Of a stretch of 64,000 nt of DNA, positions 61,707 through 64,000 are shown piece by piece; within the stretch, counting starts at the first letter, position 1, and the number at the start of each line of letters is the position of its first letter. The notes under the pieces are model-generated. The model was not told the DNA's origin and ran no database searches. It worked only from the letters and a program-made list of their open reading frames with translations. The position numbers and the translations under genes are program-made. Origin of the DNA: Phaeosaccion multiseriatum. Taxonomy: Eukaryota; Protista; Ochrophyta, other classes. The stretch lies in NCBI GenBank assembly GCA_965112735.1, contig OZ218958.1, positions 2,852,001 to 2,916,000 of the forward strand, given 5' to 3'.

Positions 61707-62364
61707 ATGGTGCGAGTAGTGGTGATCCCGGGGATGGGATGTTTCCCTGCCAAGCAAAGCAACTGGTACTCGTGGTTCGCCGATGAAATGGCAGGTAGGC
61801 CATTTCGCTCTCTCTTTCCTGTTTCCTCTCCTTTGATCTCTCCCCTCCCCCCCCTCCTGTCTCTGCTTTGCGCCCGTTCTCTGTACAGGTCGGGCCTATG
61901 TGACGGAGTGCGTGCTCAGAGACTTCCCCGACCCTAAGGAGTGCAAGGAATCAGCCTGGGTTCCCTTCTTGGAAAAGGAGATCGGTCTCGACGACACCAC
62001 TGTCCTCGTAGGTCATAGCACCGGAGCGGCCTGCGCCATGCGACTCTTGGAAGGTGAACACAACCTACTCGGCGCTGTGCTCGTGGCGGCCACTCACACT
62101 GATGGGGGGATCGAGGCGGAGGCTAGAAGCGAGTACTTTAATCGCCCGTGGGATTGGGAGAAGATGAAGGGAGGGGCCAAACACATCGTCTGCTTTCACG
62201 GCACTGATGATCCGCTCATTCCAGTGGCCGATGCTCGGCATGTGGCCTCCAAGCTCCGTGGGGACAACTTTGAGTACGTGGAGCTGCCCAAGGCGTCGCA
62301 CTTTTTCGAGCCCTGGCAGGAAATCCTGGACCAAATGGATGAAAAGTTTGGGAGAAACAGATAG
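61707..62364 (+). CDS. RBBP9/YdeN-family alpha/beta serine hydrolase
   Basis: Exons 61707-61794 and 61889-62364; VIPGMG....SNWY.W, FPDP, VGHSTG nucleophile elbow, FHGTDDPLIP, SHFF. Confidence 0.9.
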
Positions 62365-63652
62365 GAAAAGTCTGAACAATACGTACTGCTTAGGAGTGAG
62401 GGCCTGCCCTGTGGATGAGACAACCCAAACCTCGTGAGGAGCTTGTGTCGTATGCTATGTGGCGGCATGCGGGCCGTTGAACGAGAGGGGCAGGTCGATT
62501 GCTTCAATGGGGCAGAAGAGAGAGAGAGAGAGGTAAGATGCAAGCCTGAGACTTGCGTCTTTAGTTTTCGTCCGTCCGTACGGTCGCCTTCGCTTCCCCT
62601 CCCTCTCCCCTTCCCCTCCCCTCCCTTCCCCCTCAGACCGGTGGCAGAGGGGCAGAGGTGTGAAGGTGGACGATTTCATATTGTGGGTGCTCTTCTTGTC
62701 GGTAGATGTGTGCGTCGCCAACCCACCCGCTTCAACAGTGTCAGCTCTACCCCCACGGAGCGGGCAGCAAGCAGAGCTTCCCACTGCGCGAAGAGAGAGA
62801 AGAGAGGAGAGACGAGAGAGGAGAGCAGGGCAGGGCAGGAGCAGGCAGCGTCTGCTCTCCAGCCGGGAGCTCAGTCCTGCAGCAGTGAGAGCCGCGGCCA
62901 CAGTAGATGGCAGCAGATGGCACATGGGGGGAAGAGGAGGGGGGACTTGCTGCTGATATGATGGTGGAGCAGTCGAGGCCTGTGACTCACGCTTCTGTAC
63001 GTATATACTACGAGAGTACTTGTACTTCGCAGAGAACGATGTAAGTTCATGCCCTGACCCACTGTCGGACTGGCCAGTGAGGAGAACAGCTCTGCTTGAC
63101 TTGAGGGAGTGCGGCGGCAGGGGAGGGAGAAGGGCACCCCCCTTGCATTTTCGAGCAGCGCCTGTACCAAAAGTACATTTGGCCCCGTGTGGACGGGAAG
63201 GCACGGGAAGCCCCTGCTCTTCTTGAGCGTCCCCGCGGCGACCCAAGCACGAAAAGCGCGAGACACGGCACGCCCCTTTCCCCTCACGCAGCGAGCGCAC
63301 CACTCCAGTGCCGCTGTGACGAGCGCGTGACACCCAGAGCAGCCAGCCGAAGAGGAGGGTCCCTGCTTTATTTTTATTTTTATTTTTTTTGGGAGTTAAT
63401 TCACTACGTTTATTTATCCGCTTGCCAGCACACTTGTTGATGTTGCCGGTAGAAAGAGACAAAGGCAGGAGTACAGGGGAGAGATTGGAAAGAGAAACGG
63501 AATGAAGGAACACAACACGTGCACGACATCTCAACATCCGGTACTCCCCCCAGCCCCCGCGCCTGCCCCTGTCCCGCCTTTCGCTATGAAGGAGAGCTCC
63601 CCAGGCAGACAAGAGAGAGACAAGCCGTCAGTCGCCCCTCAGTCGTACTACA

Positions 63653-64000
63653 TCAATAGCCACGGATTACGGCAAGGAAGGGTTCATTTCCTATCTCCTC
63701 AGCTGTCGGCGGTCCTCCACCCCACCTCGAGCGGTTGTCCATGAGGCACCACGTCAGGCGACCGTTGAAGAGGCCTGCACACTCTTCATTAGGGACGAAG
63801 CTTCCAGGCTCCTCGGCGTCCTCGTGCAGTCGTCCATCGGACGGATCTTTGTTGATGAGGGCGAGAATATTGTACGCACATTGGTCGTAGCGCTGGCGAA
63901 ACTGCTCCACAAAGACCAAGTTGCTAACGAGGGCCTTGTTGTTGCCCTTACTTCTCCCGGCAACGTCCACCCGCTTGGAGAGCTGCGCCCGAGTCAGGAA
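63653..64000 (-). CDS. Partial exon of an unidentified gene continuing beyond the window
   Basis: Open frame to the window edge with globular-looking sequence (FLTRAQLSKRVDVAG...LVFVEQFRQRYDQCAYNILALIN...LFNGRLTWCLMDNRS). Confidence 0.45.
   Translation of the reverse strand, partial: FLTRAQLSKRVDVAGRSKGNNKALVSNLVFVEQFRQRYDQCAYNILALINKDPSDGRLHEDAEEPGSFVPNEECAGLFNGRLTWCLMDNRSRWGGGPPTAEEIGNEPFLAVIRGY

Overview
Gene-dense, GC-rich, microsatellite-rich eukaryotic nuclear DNA with short spliceosomal introns, most likely from an ochrophyte (stramenopile alga with a complex red plastid). The evidence is a Tic110-like gene, a plastid-type ABC1 kinase and a signal peptide followed by an 'ALG|FAS' (ASAFAP-like) bipartite targeting motif. 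Housekeeping genes: Tic110-like protein followed by a long coiled-coil region, a ~2000-aa low-complexity protein, PERK-like eIF2-alpha kinase, WDR4/Trm82, a myristoylated WW-like/AAA5-like protein, a plastid UMP-CMP kinase fused to a CaMKII-hub-like domain, ABC1K, R2R3-MYB and an RBBP9-like hydrolase. Two things stand out. (1) An accessory, largely intronless family cluster: two inverted FNIP/LRR genes, each with 11 x 123-bp repeats that have a near-invariant scaffold but hypervariable surface codons; two FNIP remnants; one intact and one pseudogenised F-box-like/ankyrin-like gene; and an intron-containing bacterial-type M23 peptidase. Together these look like a fast-evolving recognition/defence locus. 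(2) A dispersed 15-bp motif (CAGCAG-TTGGTGATA, at least 24 exact 9-mer cores by eye) in introns, intergenic DNA and exons, read on both strands and in three frames (VGDT, QLVIQ, VSPT), so it is conserved at DNA rather than protein level. Several apparent frameshifts sit in G-homopolymers and are probably assembly errors. All exon coordinates were inferred by eye from splice signals and protein continuity.
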